DNA of 63,991 nucleotides from Patescibacteria group bacterium (GCA_023485845.1 JAMCZE010000014.1:1-63991), one strand, 5' to 3'. Positions 54,212 through 63,866 are shown, numbered from the stretch's first letter. Notes: generated from the letters alone by a model not told the origin. Made by a program: numbers and translations.

Positions 54212-54612
54212 CACCAAAACGAGTTAAATATCGCAAAATGTTCAAGGGCCAACGGCCCGGCAATGCCACCCGGGGTAACACCCTGGCCTTTGGCGATTTT
54301 GGAATCATGGCCAAAACACGCGGTTGGGTCAGCAGCAAACAAATTGAATCAGCCCGCAAAGCCTTGACTCATTTCACTGCCAAAGGCGGCCGCGTTTGGA
54401 TTCGGATTTTTCCGGACAAGCCGGTTTCCAAACAGCCGCAGGATCACCGTGGCGGTGGTGGCAAAGGGGAAGTGGCGCAGTATGTGGCCGTTATTCGGCC
54501 GGGGCTAATCCTTTTTGAAATGGGTGGTTTGACACGGGAGCAAGCGATGGAAGCCATTCGTCGAGCCGGCCATAAACTATCAGTGCAGACCCGATTTATT
54601 GAAAAAATATGA
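54199..54612 (+). CDS. rplP: 50S ribosomal protein L16
   Basis: PKRVKYRKMFKG...FGDFG. ATG 54199 is preferred over TTG 54193. Confidence 0.93.
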   Translation: MPALAPKRVKYRKMFKGQRPGNATRGNTLAFGDFGIMAKTRGWVSSKQIESARKALTHFTAKGGRVWIRIFPDKPVSKQPQDHRGGGGKGEVAQYVAVIRPGLILFEMGGLTREQAMEAIRRAGHKLSVQTRFIEKI

Positions 54613-54749
54613 AAAAACAAAGCAAACTAACAGTTGGAGAGATCAGGGACGCAATTATCAAAGCGCGATTGCGCAAAGACAAAAACACTAATATCGTTAA
54701 AAATTTGCGCCGTGATTTGGCGCGAGCCTTAACTTATGCAAAGTCTTAA
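54609..54749 (+). CDS. rpmC: 50S ribosomal protein L29 (46 aa)
   Basis: MKKQSKLTVGEIRDAIIKARLRK...NLRRDLARALT. ATGA overlap with rplP. It falls below the ORF-track cutoff. Confidence 0.75.
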   Translation: MKKQSKLTVGEIRDAIIKARLRKDKNTNIVKNLRRDLARALTYAKS

Positions 54750-55005
54750 CGGAACAGTTATCTCTAATAAGATGCTAAAAACGGTGGTGGTGGCCGTGGA
54801 TTACGTGGTCCGCCATCCCAAATATCATAAGATCATCAAACGGACCACAAAAATTCACGCTCACAACGAAAACAAAGATCTTAAAGTTGGCGATAAGGTG
54901 CAACTTGTTAAATCAAAACCATATAGCAAGACGGTTCACTTCACTGTCGTCGAAATCAAAAGTCAAAAATCAAAAGTCAAAAATTCAAGTAAAAAGCCAA
55001 AATAA
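54736..55005 (+). CDS. rpsQ: 30S ribosomal protein S17 with a Lys/Ser-rich tail
   Basis: GTVISNKM.KTVVV.V......HPKY.K......K..AHNE. Confidence 0.93.
   Translation: MQSLNGTVISNKMLKTVVVAVDYVVRHPKYHKIIKRTTKIHAHNENKDLKVGDKVQLVKSKPYSKTVHFTVVEIKSQKSKVKNSSKKPK
54956..54983. repeat. Heptanucleotide tract TCAAAAG TCAAAAA TCAAAAG TCAAAAA at the 3' end of rpsQ
   Basis: 54963-54985 matches the reverse complement of 53552-53574 at 22 of 23 nt. Confidence 0.8.
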
Positions 55006-55006
55006 T

Positions 55007-55381
55007 ATGGTACAACGGCATACCGTTTTAAAACCAGCGGATAACACCGGCGCCCACAAATTGCGGGTGATTCATCTCTATGGTGGTTCAACCCGGAAAT
55101 TTTCCTATTTGGGAGACATTGTTCGGGCGGTGGTGGACGGGGCCGATCCTAATGGTATGGTGAAGGATTCACAAATGGTTTTTGTGGTGGTGGCCCGGGT
55201 GCGCAAAGAAAACAAACGGGCGGACGGCAGCTATATCCGTTTTGATGACAATGCCGGAGTGGTAATCACCGCCCGGGATAATAAGGACCCGATCGGCACC
55301 AGGGTTTTTGGCCCGATGGCCCGGGAACTTAAGGATGCTGGTTTTAGCAAAATTGTTAGTATGGCAAGCGAGGTGCTTTAA
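55007..55381 (+). CDS. rplN: 50S ribosomal protein L14
   Basis: MVQRHTVLKPADNTGA..., FDDNA.V. Confidence 0.95.
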   Translation: MVQRHTVLKPADNTGAHKLRVIHLYGGSTRKFSYLGDIVRAVVDGADPNGMVKDSQMVFVVVARVRKENKRADGSYIRFDDNAGVVITARDNKDPIGTRVFGPMARELKDAGFSKIVSMASEVL

Positions 55382-55382
55382 T

Positions 55383-55688
55383 ATGAAGCTGAAAAAAGGC
55401 GATAAAGTCAGAGTAATGATTGGCAAAGACCGGGGCAAAGAAGCCGCCGTGGAGAAAATGTGGCCAGAAGACAACCGGGTGACACTGGCAGGAATAAATG
55501 TTTATAAGCGCCATAGTAAGCCGCGCGGTGAGGGGCAAAAAGGCGGAATCGTTGATTTTGTCCGCCCGCTGCCGGTGGCTAACGTGGCTCTTATTTGCTC
55601 GAAATGCAAACAGCCGACCAGAGTCGGCTATAAGATTACCGCCAAAGAAAAAATAAGAGTTTGTCGTAAATGTGGTCAGGAAATTTAA
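55383..55688 (+). CDS. rplX: 50S ribosomal protein L24 (with C-terminal CxxC...CxxC)
   Basis: MKLKKGDKVRVM.GKDRGKE (KOW motif). C-terminal CSKCKQ...CRKCGQ. Confidence 0.92.
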   Translation: MKLKKGDKVRVMIGKDRGKEAAVEKMWPEDNRVTLAGINVYKRHSKPRGEGQKGGIVDFVRPLPVANVALICSKCKQPTRVGYKITAKEKIRVCRKCGQEI

Positions 55689-55692
55689 AAAT

Positions 55693-56229
55693 ATGACTTT
55701 AAAGCAGAAATATTATCAGGAAATCAGACCAAAGCTTCAGGAGGAATTGGGTCTGAAGAATATTATGGCGGTGCCGAGGCTGATAAAAATTGTGGTTAAC
55801 GTTGGGGCGAAAGAGGCCATCGACGACAAAAAAGTTTTGGAGGCCATCAGTTCTCAGCTGGCAACAATTACTGGGCAAAAACCGATTATTCGTAATGCCA
55901 AGAAATCGGTGGCCGCTTTTAAACTGCGGGAGGGCCAGCCGGTGGGAGTTTGCGTCACGTTGCGGGGACAGCGGATGTATGATTTTATGGAAAAGCTAGT
56001 GACCATTGTCTTTCCCCGGGTGCGCGATTTCCATGGGACACCAACCACCAGCTTTGACGGCCACGGCAACTATTCCCTCGGTTTGCAGGAACAAATTGTT
56101 TTCCCGGAGATTGAATATTCGCAAATTGATAAAATACGCGGACTGGAAGTGACGATTGCAACCAGCGCCCGAGATGATGACCAAGGCATGGCTTTGTTAA
56201 AAGCCTTTGGGATGCCGTTTGTGAAGTAA
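55693..56229 (+). CDS. rplE: 50S ribosomal protein L5
   Basis: [13 protein letters not shown]..., [16 protein letters not shown]. Confidence 0.95.
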   Translation: MTLKQKYYQEIRPKLQEELGLKNIMAVPRLIKIVVNVGAKEAIDDKKVLEAISSQLATITGQKPIIRNAKKSVAAFKLREGQPVGVCVTLRGQRMYDFMEKLVTIVFPRVRDFHGTPTTSFDGHGNYSLGLQEQIVFPEIEYSQIDKIRGLEVTIATSARDDDQGMALLKAFGMPFVK

Positions 56230-56233
56230 TTAT

Positions 56234-56422
56234 ATGGCAAAGATTTCTGACATTGTTAAGTTCACTAAGAAAACGCAAAAATATCCGGTGCGGTTTAAAA
56301 ACCGCTGCAGTCTTTGTGGCCGCAGTCGGGCCTATATGCGCCGGTTTGGACTATGTCGGTTATGTTTTCGAGAGTTGGCCCATAAAGGGGAGATTCCCGG
56401 TGTGATTCGCGCATCATGGTAG
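56234..56422 (+). CDS. rpsN: 30S ribosomal protein S14 type Z (zinc-binding)
   Basis: [23 protein letters not shown], 62 aa. Confidence 0.93.
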   Translation: MAKISDIVKFTKKTQKYPVRFKNRCSLCGRSRAYMRRFGLCRLCFRELAHKGEIPGVIRASW

Positions 56423-56802
56423 TTGGCACTGATTCCATCTCGGATATGCTAACCAGAATTCGCAACGGCTATATGGCCGGCCGGGTTCAGGTTGATCTTC
56501 CGTGGTCAAAACTGGCGGAGGCCTTGGCGAAGATTTTGACAACCAATGGTTATTTGGAAAAAGTGTCCGTGGACGGGAGTACCCTGTCTTTGATATTAAA
56601 GTATAATCATAAGGTTCCGGCCGTCCTAGCCATAAATAGAGTAAGCAAACCCAGCCTGCGCGTTTATGTTCGGAAAAATAATTTGCCCCGGGTTTTAGGT
56701 GGCATGGGAGTGGCGATTATTTCCACTCCGGCGGGATTGATGACCGATAAACAAGCCCGGGAAAAAGGCCTGGGCGGCGAAGTTATTTGCGAAATAAGCT
56801 AA
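56416..56802 (+). CDS. rpsH: 30S ribosomal protein S8
   Basis: [13 protein letters not shown]. Confidence 0.95.
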   Translation: MVVGTDSISDMLTRIRNGYMAGRVQVDLPWSKLAEALAKILTTNGYLEKVSVDGSTLSLILKYNHKVPAVLAINRVSKPSLRVYVRKNNLPRVLGGMGVAIISTPAGLMTDKQAREKGLGGEVICEIS

Positions 56803-56807
56803 AAATT

Positions 56808-57377
56808 ATGTCACGAATTGGCAAAAAACCAATCAAGATTCCCGAAGGCGTCAAAGTGGACGTTAATAAAACCGTGGTGACGGTGACCGGTCCAAAAGGG
56901 ACGTTGTCTTTTACTTTCCGGCCGGAAATGGAAATTAAGGTGGAGGGCGGCAATGTTTTGGTCAATCGCGTGGCAGAGACACCTAAGGCCAAAGCCTTGC
57001 ACGGTCTGTCCCGGACGCTGGCGGAAAACATGATTATGGGAGTGAGCCAGGGTTGGAACAAAGGACTGGAGTTGGTGGGTGTTGGTTATCGGGCTGCGGT
57101 GGAAGGAACAACACTGGTTTTAAATGTTGGCTTTTCCCATCCGGTGAAATTTCCCGCCCCGGCCGGGATCACTTTTGAAGTGACAGACAACACCAGAGTT
57201 AATGTCAAAGGAACAGACAAACAATTGGTGGGGGAAACCGCGGCCCAAATTCACCGGATTCGTCCGCCGGAACCATATAAAGGCAAAGGAATTAAATATA
57301 TCGGTGAAGTGATCCGGCGCAAAGCCGGTAAAGCAGCCAAGGCAGCGGGGGCGGCTGCCGGGGGAGGCGCCAAATGA
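56808..57377 (+). CDS. rplF: 50S ribosomal protein L6
   Basis: MSRIGKKPIKIPEGVKV. Confidence 0.95.
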   Translation: MSRIGKKPIKIPEGVKVDVNKTVVTVTGPKGTLSFTFRPEMEIKVEGGNVLVNRVAETPKAKALHGLSRTLAENMIMGVSQGWNKGLELVGVGYRAAVEGTTLVLNVGFSHPVKFPAPAGITFEVTDNTRVNVKGTDKQLVGETAAQIHRIRPPEPYKGKGIKYIGEVIRRKAGKAAKAAGAAAGGGAK

Positions 57378-57616
57378 GACCAAAATTGGTTGTCTTTCGA
57401 TCGAATAAATATCTCTATGGTCAAGTGAATGCTGCGGGAAAGACCGTGGCGGCCGTGGCCAAACAAACAGACCCCGCCGTTGCGGGACGGCAGCTGGCGC
57501 AGTTGGCAAAGAAAGCAAAAGTCACGGCGGTGACGTTTGATCGCAATGGCTATAAATATCACGGCAACGTTAAAAAGTTTGCTGATGGCGCCCGGGAGGG
57601 GGGCCTGGAGTTTTAA
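57374..57616 (+). CDS. rplR: 50S ribosomal protein L18 (short, 80 aa)
   Basis: LVVFRSNKYLYGQV...FDRNGYKYHG.VK.FADGAREGGL.F. Confidence 0.9.
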   Translation: MRPKLVVFRSNKYLYGQVNAAGKTVAAVAKQTDPAVAGRQLAQLAKKAKVTAVTFDRNGYKYHGNVKKFADGAREGGLEF

Positions 57617-57620
57617 AACT

Positions 57621-58076
57621 ATGAGAGCTGATTTTCATCAGGAACCAAAAGAGTTTGACGAGAAAGTCGTCCAGGTTAACCGGGTGTCCAAAAAAACGTC
57701 CGGAGGAAACAAGATTGGCTTTTCTGTTTTGGTGGTGATTGGGGACAAGAAAAACCGGGTGGGTGTTGGTTTGGGCCAAGCCCCCGATGTGCAAAGTTCC
57801 ATCCGCAAGGCCGTGGCCTATGCTAAGAAACATTTGTTAACAGTGCCGATGCGGGGAACAACGATTCCCCATGAAGTGTTGGTGAAAGTTGGCGCGGCGA
57901 GGATTTTGCTGCGGCCGGCGCCCCCGGGGTCTGGTGTCATTGCCGGCGGGGCGGTTCGGGCCGTGGTGGAAGCAGCCGGCATCCGGGACATTTCCAGCAA
58001 GGTGCTGGGGACCAATAATCAAGCAAATAACGTTTATGCGACGATGGAAGCCCTACGAAGACTTAGAAAAATATGA
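57621..58076 (+). CDS. rpsE: 30S ribosomal protein S5
   Basis: VVQVNRVSKKTSGG..., GVGLG, GSGVIAGG. Confidence 0.95.
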   Translation: MRADFHQEPKEFDEKVVQVNRVSKKTSGGNKIGFSVLVVIGDKKNRVGVGLGQAPDVQSSIRKAVAYAKKHLLTVPMRGTTIPHEVLVKVGAARILLRPAPPGSGVIAGGAVRAVVEAAGIRDISSKVLGTNNQANNVYATMEALRRLRKI

Positions 58077-58576
58077 CTTTAAATTCTTTACCAAAGATTG
58101 TTGACCGACCAAAGAAGCGGCTGGGCCGAGGGCACGGGTCGGGGAAAGTGAAAACTTCCGGCCGGGGAACCAAAGGGCAAAAAGCCCGGGAAACCGTCAG
58201 TTTAAAATTTGCCGGTTCCTCGCTGCAAGCCTCGTGGCTCAAGCGGCTGCCGCTGGTTCGTGGCAAAGGGAAAAATAAATCCCTGCGGGTGCGGCCGATG
58301 ATTGTGAATGTTAAATATCTTAATAGCCTTAAGGCTAACACCGAAGTCACTCTAAAATCTCTGCAGGAAGCGGGGATTGTCGGCAAAACCGTGACTCTGG
58401 TCAAAATCCTGGGTGACGGCGACCTCTCCGTCCCTCTGACCGTCAAACTCCCCTGTTCCAAAGGAGCCGTTAAAAAAATTGAAAAGGCTGGTGGGAAGGT
58501 TAGTGCCAAAGAATTTCTGCCAAATGGAGGTGATAATGGTGGACACAAAGAAAGCAAAAAACAGAACGCATCTTAA
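58073..58576 (+). CDS. rplO: 50S ribosomal protein L15
   Basis: KKRLGRGHGSGKVKTSGRGTKGQKAR. It directly follows rpsE with no rpmD. Confidence 0.93.
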   Translation: MTLNSLPKIVDRPKKRLGRGHGSGKVKTSGRGTKGQKARETVSLKFAGSSLQASWLKRLPLVRGKGKNKSLRVRPMIVNVKYLNSLKANTEVTLKSLQEAGIVGKTVTLVKILGDGDLSVPLTVKLPCSKGAVKKIEKAGGKVSAKEFLPNGGDNGGHKESKKQNAS

Positions 58577-58727
58577 GGGTGATGAAGCGAGGCATCATGA
58601 TCTGCAGAGGCTTTATGAACTAGTAGATATTCCCGGTGAGATTGATTGGGAGTCGGGCGAGAGAAAGACTTCTAGGCGGATGACTGAAACAATTCGACTT
58701 GAGAAAGCTTTACGACTTCGGGAATAG
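58536..58727 (+). CDS. Hypothetical small basic protein (63 aa; start uncertain)
   Basis: ORF overlapping the rplO 3' end. No motif recognised. Confidence 0.3.
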   Translation: MVDTKKAKNRTHLKGDEARHHDLQRLYELVDIPGEIDWESGERKTSRRMTETIRLEKALRLRE

Positions 58728-58797
58728 TAGATTGATATTGCGTACGCTGATGAAGGCAGACATCATCCCGAACCCCCGTTTATTAATTTCGAATGGG

Positions 58798-59112
58798 TTA
58801 ATTACTTGTGGATTCTTCAGAAAAATTAGCAAAAGGAATTTTTTCCGGTTCAATCCCGTCCTCTTTTCCATATTCTTCCAAAATATTTTTAATTTTGTCC
58901 GGCGTTAGATTTTCGAATGTCAGCACTTGGGAAATCTGGGATTTAACCGTTACTGGTTCGCCGGAGTTTTTGAAATAGACAGTGTCACCGGCAGAAATTT
59001 TCCCCCACGGCGGCCGTTTGGTTTGATACCAGCGCGATTCAATCGTCTTCTCGCCCGACAAAATCTTAGGCAGCAGTCCCCAGGATTTCTTCATAATTGC
59101 CACATGGTCCAT
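58798..59112 (-). CDS. ASCH-domain protein
   Basis: KKSWGLLPKILSGEKTIESRWY...AGDTVYF matches the ASCH pattern. The start is at MDHVAIMKK, not the long track ORF. Confidence 0.55.
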   Translation of the reverse strand: MDHVAIMKKSWGLLPKILSGEKTIESRWYQTKRPPWGKISAGDTVYFKNSGEPVTVKSQISQVLTFENLTPDKIKNILEEYGKEDGIEPEKIPFANFSEESTSN

Positions 59113-59136
59113 GAGACAGATTGTAGCACTTTGTCT

Positions 59137-59166
59137 ATCTTGCAATATCTTGCAATATCTTGCATC
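59137..59166 (+). repeat. Three tandem 10-nt repeats (ATCTTGCAAT x2, ATCTTGCATC) between the divergent ASCH and fic genes
   Basis: Read directly from the sequence. Helical-phase (10-nt) spacing, operator- or iteron-like. Confidence 0.8.
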
Positions 59167-59175
59167 ATAAACTTG

Positions 59176-60192
59176 ATGAAGATCTTGACTATTCCCCCAA
59201 AATATAAAATTACTGAAAATATTGTCCAATACCTTTCGGAAATTGAGTCCAATCGCTCGGTAATTGACCATGTCGACATCCCTTTGGAAATTGAAAAGAA
59301 CATTCGCGGCCGATCTACTATCGGCAGCGCATTGTTTTCGGCTAGGATTGAGGGAAACACTTTGACTAAAGCAGAGATCCAAAGTTTTAGCGACCTCTCG
59401 CAAAAAGACCAACGGAAATTAGAAGTGGCAAACCTTAGTCGGGTCATTGAAAAGATTCTTGAATATTCGCGTAAAAAGAAAGCTATCACCCGGGACGATA
59501 TTCTCCATTGGCACAAAATTGCCATGAGAAATATCCTCGCGCGGCAATATTGCGGAACATTCAGGCAAAGTCAGGAGGGGATCTTCGATTCGATGGGAAA
59601 CGTCATTTATCATGCTCCTCCGCCGTCCCAAGTGGAGCCTCTTATGAACGAGTTATTAACTTTTGTTAATGGTCAAAGCGAGAAATTTGTTCTCATCAAC
59701 GCGATTCAATCGCATTTTATTTTTGAGAAAATCCATCCTTTTGTTGACGGCAGCGGCCGAATTGGCCGCCTTTTACAAATGGCGATTCTTTGCAAAGAAA
59801 ATTACGGAATGAAAGGCTTGGTCGTGGTGGAAGAGGAAATTGATAATAACAAACAATCCTATTACACCGCTCTGGAAGAGAGCACGAGCTTAGACGCGAC
59901 ACCGTTTGTTGAACTGATGCTGGAATTTTTAAAGGATGCGACGGGGAAAGCTAAGGATATTGTTTTAAATCAAAAAAATAACCCCTCCCGTTTTGATCTT
60001 CTCCCTCCCCGGCGGCGGGAAATAGCGCAGATAATCACCGACCAACGAATGGTTTCTTTTGATTTTATTCACCGCCGGTTTCTCAAAGTCAGCCCGCGTC
60101 AACTGGCTTACGACCTGGACGCGTTAATTAAAGCCGGTTTTGTTTCAAAGATTGGAAAGACAAGGGGGGCTTTATATTCCCCAAAAATGTGA
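59176..60192 (+). CDS. fic: Fic/DOC-family protein with a C-terminal winged-helix-like domain
   Basis: The HPFVDGSGRIGR Fic motif. Start at MKILTIPPKYK. Confidence 0.85.
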   Translation: MKILTIPPKYKITENIVQYLSEIESNRSVIDHVDIPLEIEKNIRGRSTIGSALFSARIEGNTLTKAEIQSFSDLSQKDQRKLEVANLSRVIEKILEYSRKKKAITRDDILHWHKIAMRNILARQYCGTFRQSQEGIFDSMGNVIYHAPPPSQVEPLMNELLTFVNGQSEKFVLINAIQSHFIFEKIHPFVDGSGRIGRLLQMAILCKENYGMKGLVVVEEEIDNNKQSYYTALEESTSLDATPFVELMLEFLKDATGKAKDIVLNQKNNPSRFDLLPPRRREIAQIITDQRMVSFDFIHRRFLKVSPRQLAYDLDALIKAGFVSKIGKTRGALYSPKM

Positions 60193-60202
60193 TGGCAAAA
60201 CC

Positions 60203-60222
60203 CCTGCCTGCCGGCAGGCAGG
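60203..60222. repeat. Perfect 20-bp GC-rich palindrome downstream of fic
   Basis: CCTGCCTGCC|GGCAGGCAGG. No following T-tract. Confidence 0.7.
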
Positions 60223-60269
60223 CGCGGCGCCCTTTACGCGCCAAAAAGTTAGTGCTAATCTAAGTTATA

Positions 60270-60452
60270 ATGAGACTTGAGTTAACCGCGCCACAACTTA
60301 AAGTTGTTTCCACCGTGGCTTCTAATTTTGTCGTTGTCTGGCTTGCGGCAATGTTGGCAACTAGAGATCTATTTACGTTGACAATGAACTTTCTCTTTGC
60401 TATCGTGTGTGTATACTTAGCCACCAAAGCGGAGGAGGCTCTGATTTTATGA
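60270..60452 (+). CDS. Small membrane protein (60 aa)
   Basis: Two hydrophobic helices. The stop overlaps the next ATG (ATGA). Confidence 0.4.
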   Translation: MRLELTAPQLKVVSTVASNFVVVWLAAMLATRDLFTLTMNFLFAIVCVYLATKAEEALIL

Positions 60453-60565
60453 TTGATCTTACACCAACAATCACTCAGGCCCAAATTGCTTTCGCGCTAG
60501 GATTGATTGCGCTTGCCACGATTTATTATGTCTTTTCCAATAAACCTCTTCGGCGCAAAAAATGA
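60449..60565 (+). CDS. Micro-ORF, single-TM peptide (38 aa)
   Basis: MIDLTPTITQAQIAFALGLIALATIYYVFSNKPLRRKK. ATGA-coupled on both sides. Confidence 0.35.
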   Translation: MIDLTPTITQAQIAFALGLIALATIYYVFSNKPLRRKK

Positions 60566-60651
60566 GTGTAGAGATGTTTATTTATTTATCGGCGGCGGTT
60601 TTGGGAGCGGTTGCCCTCTACCTTGGCATCTTCAAAATAAATAAGCGCTAG
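60562..60651 (+). CDS. Micro-ORF, single-TM peptide (29 aa)
   Basis: MSVEMFIYLSAAVLGAVALYLGIFKINKR. It ends 19 nt before secY. Confidence 0.35.
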   Translation: MSVEMFIYLSAAVLGAVALYLGIFKINKR

Positions 60652-60670
60652 ATTGTGGTAAAATTAGCGC

Positions 60671-61957
60671 GTGAATAAGATTTTGGATCCAATGGTTTCT
60701 GCCTGGCACACGCCGGAGCTTAGAAGACGAATCATTTTCACCGCGGTGATTTTTTTTGTCTTCCGGCTTTTTGCCCACATTCCCGTTCCGGGGATTGATC
60801 TGGCGGCCCTGAAATCGCTTTTTGCCCAGAACCAACTGCTGGGCCTGTTAGACATTTTTTCCGGCGGCACCTTGGCCAATTTTTCCGTCATGGCGCTGGG
60901 ACTTAATCCCTACATTAACGCCACCATTATTTTACAGCTGCTGCAGATGGTTTTTCCCCAATTGGAGGCTCTTTCTAAAGAAGGCGAAGCCGGGCGGATG
61001 AAAATTAACCAATATGGCCGGATGATCACCGTTCCCTTGGCGGCTTTGCAAGCATTGGGGACTTATGCCCTGTTAAAAAACCAGAACATCATTACTACCT
61101 TAAATCCGCTGACCTTGGCCTCGCTGATTATCACCCTGGCGGCCGGGACAATCCTTTTGATGTGGCTGGGGGAACTGATCACCGAATATGGCATCGGCAA
61201 CGGCATTTCTATGATCATCTTTGGCGGCATTGTCGGCCGAATGCCCACGATCATCGGCCAAACCGCCTCGGTGGTGGGGACAGACCAAATTTTTAATTTG
61301 GTGGCCTTTATTGGTGTTGGTTTGGCGGTGATTGCCGGCATTGTCATGGTTAACGAGGCCACCCGGCAAATCCCGATTGTCTATGCCCGCCGGGTTCGGG
61401 GCAACAAAATGTATGGCGGCCAGTCCACTTTTTTGCCGCTGCGGGTGAACCAGGCCGGGGTGATCCCGATTATCTTTGCCGTTTCCTTGGTTTTAATTCC
61501 CTCAATGTTGGGCCAATATCTGTCCCAGATTCCTAATCCTTTTATTTCCCGTCTGGCTCAATCTGCCAGCCAACTCTTTACGCCGACCAGCGTGGTTTAT
61601 AACGTTGTCTATTTTATTTTGGTGATCGGCTTTACCTATTTCTACACGGCGGTGATTTTTAATCCGGCAAAAATTTCCGAGGAAGTGCAAAAATATGGTG
61701 GCTTTGTTCCGGGGATCCGGCCGGGAACGCCGACGGCCAATTATCTTAACTATATTCTGACCCGCATCACTCTGGCGGGGGCAATTTTTCTAGGGCTGAT
61801 TGCCGTGCTGCCTTCCCTTGTTCAAAATGTCAGTAACGTGGCCACCTTAACAATTGGCGGCACGGGGATTTTGATTGTTGTTTCCGTGGTTTTGGAAACG
61901 GCGAAACAGTTTGAAACCATGTTGGTGACCAAAAACTACGACAAATTTCTGACATGA
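60671..61957 (+). CDS. secY: Preprotein translocase subunit SecY
   Basis: GTG start. Ten-TM pattern, [25 protein letters not shown]. Confidence 0.95.
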   Translation: MNKILDPMVSAWHTPELRRRIIFTAVIFFVFRLFAHIPVPGIDLAALKSLFAQNQLLGLLDIFSGGTLANFSVMALGLNPYINATIILQLLQMVFPQLEALSKEGEAGRMKINQYGRMITVPLAALQALGTYALLKNQNIITTLNPLTLASLIITLAAGTILLMWLGELITEYGIGNGISMIIFGGIVGRMPTIIGQTASVVGTDQIFNLVAFIGVGLAVIAGIVMVNEATRQIPIVYARRVRGNKMYGGQSTFLPLRVNQAGVIPIIFAVSLVLIPSMLGQYLSQIPNPFISRLAQSASQLFTPTSVVYNVVYFILVIGFTYFYTAVIFNPAKISEEVQKYGGFVPGIRPGTPTANYLNYILTRITLAGAIFLGLIAVLPSLVQNVSNVATLTIGGTGILIVVSVVLETAKQFETMLVTKNYDKFLT

Positions 61958-62484
61958 GAATTGTGATTATGGGCCCGGTGGGCTCCGGCAAAACTACCCA
62001 AGCGGAACTCTTAGCAAAAGAACTTAATCTCCCTCATATCCAGACCGGGGAGATTTATCGCACGATAAGCCAGGAGGATTCACCGGTGGGACGAAAAATT
62101 AAAGAGATTTTGGAAAAAGGCGATTTGATTGATGACCAGACGACTTTTGAAGTGGTGGATAAACACCTGGCTCAAATCAGTGATGGATTTGTGATTGAAG
62201 GCCTTCCCCGAACTTTGGTCCAGGCGCAGCGGGAACTTTTTGAAATTAATAAAGTGTTGTATATTCATATTTCTGATCAAGAGGCGGTTGCCCGGCTCCT
62301 GGCTCGGGGACGGGATGACGACAAGCCGGATATTATTTCTGAACGATTGAAAGTTTATCACCAGAACACCGAGCCAATTCTTGACTACTATCGGGCTTTG
62401 GGAAAACTGATGGAAATTGACGGTAGCGGGACGATTGAAGAAGTTCACCGTTTAATTATGCAAGCCATTGATGATTCAAATTAA
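61954..62484 (+). CDS. adk: Adenylate kinase (short-lid type)
   Basis: [22 protein letters not shown]. Confidence 0.92.
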   Translation: MRIVIMGPVGSGKTTQAELLAKELNLPHIQTGEIYRTISQEDSPVGRKIKEILEKGDLIDDQTTFEVVDKHLAQISDGFVIEGLPRTLVQAQRELFEINKVLYIHISDQEAVARLLARGRDDDKPDIISERLKVYHQNTEPILDYYRALGKLMEIDGSGTIEEVHRLIMQAIDDSN

Positions 62485-63232
62485 AACCCCGAAAGAAATT
62501 GAAATAATGCGGGAGGGCGGGAAAATTCTCGCCCGAATTTTATCGCAGACGTTGGAAAAGGCCGTCCCCGGTGTTACCACTTGGGATTTGGACAAGTTTG
62601 CCGACGCCCAGATTGCTGCCACTGGGGCCAAGCCATCGTTTAAGATGGAGAAGGGCTACTACTTTGCCACCTGCATGTGTGTTAACGATATGGTGGTTCA
62701 TGGTTTGCCTGACGACCGACCGTTGGAAGAAGGGGATATTTTAGGAATTGATATGGGTGTTTATTACAAAGGTTTCCACACCGATGCGTCGTGGACGAAA
62801 GAAATCCAAAATTCAAAAGGCAAAAGTCAAAAGTCTAAATTTCTTAACACCGGGGAGGAAGCATTAAAAAAAGCCATTGCCCAGTGTCGGCCGGGGAATC
62901 ACATTGGTGACATTTCCCAAACGATTCAGGAAATAGTGGAGGGCGGGGGATATAGTTGTGTTAAACAACTGGTGGGCCACGGCGTGGGCAAGAGTCTGCA
63001 TGAGGACCCGGAAATTCCCTGTTATCTGCGGGGCCAAATTAAAAACACGTCGGAAATAAAAGCGGGAATGGTTCTGGCCATTGAGATAATTTATAACCAG
63101 GGGAAAAGCAACGTGATTTATAGCAATGATGACGGCTGGACCATTGTCACCCGGGACGGTGCCCCTTCCGGCCTTTTCGAACACACCGTCGCCGTCACCC
63201 CCTCCGGCCCCCAGATCCTCACTTGCACTTAA
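62471..63232 (+). CDS. map: Type I methionine aminopeptidase
   Basis: [30 protein letters not shown]...HE, EHTV. Confidence 0.93.
   Translation: MIQIKTPKEIEIMREGGKILARILSQTLEKAVPGVTTWDLDKFADAQIAATGAKPSFKMEKGYYFATCMCVNDMVVHGLPDDRPLEEGDILGIDMGVYYKGFHTDASWTKEIQNSKGKSQKSKFLNTGEEALKKAIAQCRPGNHIGDISQTIQEIVEGGGYSCVKQLVGHGVGKSLHEDPEIPCYLRGQIKNTSEIKAGMVLAIEIIYNQGKSNVIYSNDDGWTIVTRDGAPSGLFEHTVAVTPSGPQILTCT
62805..62839. repeat. Heptanucleotide tract TCCAAAA TTCAAAA GGCAAAA GTCAAAA GTCTAAA inside map
   Basis: Five phased NNCAAAA units encoding IQNSKGKSQKSK. Confidence 0.75.
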
Positions 63233-63327
63233 AGAGACAGTGTAATAATATCGGTTTAAGTATGAAAAGCGAGCGGTCGGCCATTTTAGATTATGAATGA
63301 GGAAGTAGTCTGGAAGACGAAGAACAG

Positions 63328-63624
63328 TTGGTAGCAAAACTTAAACTGGCTCGTGAGAAAATTACTGCCAGGTTTCCAGGTGTGGCATGTGATGCTTACC
63401 CAACATATGGGGTTTACGAACAATTTCAAGTTAAATTGCGAGGGAAAAATTCAGAAGCCCTGGGACCAGCATTAGATATATTATTTACTATTGCAGGAAC
63501 GCCATCATTCGTACCTTACGGATCAGATAGACAGCGTGTAGAATTATCACTTGGAAAATTTAATAAGCGCCTACAGATAAGATTTCGCGGAGGGCTCGTT
63601 GGCAGACAAGTTGTTGATGCTTAG
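63328..63624 (+). CDS. Hypothetical protein (98 aa, TTG start)
   Basis: ORF only. Lies in lower-GC sequence after map. Confidence 0.3.
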   Translation: MVAKLKLAREKITARFPGVACDAYPTYGVYEQFQVKLRGKNSEALGPALDILFTIAGTPSFVPYGSDRQRVELSLGKFNKRLQIRFRGGLVGRQVVDA

Positions 63625-63824
63625 TGTAAGTTCTTATATTGGTCCGGAGAAAGTTTGGTGTCATAGAGGATCTTTTTTAGCAACCCCTGGTGAATGTTTT
63701 CGCCGGAGTGAATTGGGGACAGTTTAGGCATAAAGAGGAACGGCAATATTCTCCACGGCGACAAACTGTTATAGTTGCCCTGATAATTTAGTTCACATTT
63801 CTTGACGTCTTCATCTTCAAGCAC
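63621..63824 (-). CDS. Hypothetical ORF (67 aa), possibly a transposase-related remnant
   Basis: ORF only. The C-terminal ...LSPDQYKNL faintly resembles rve-transposase C-termini. Confidence 0.25.
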   Translation of the reverse strand: MLEDEDVKKCELNYQGNYNSLSPWRILPFLFMPKLSPIHSGENIHQGLLKKILYDTKLSPDQYKNLH

Positions 63825-63866
63825 TAACTCGATTACTTCTTTAATATTTTTTCTTGCCTCTTCGTG

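Noticed and set aside
60203-60222. 20-bp GC palindrome considered as an intrinsic terminator or a recombination site (attC-like).
   Set aside because: There is no downstream T-tract, no integrase nearby and no second copy in the window. It is kept only as a structural observation.
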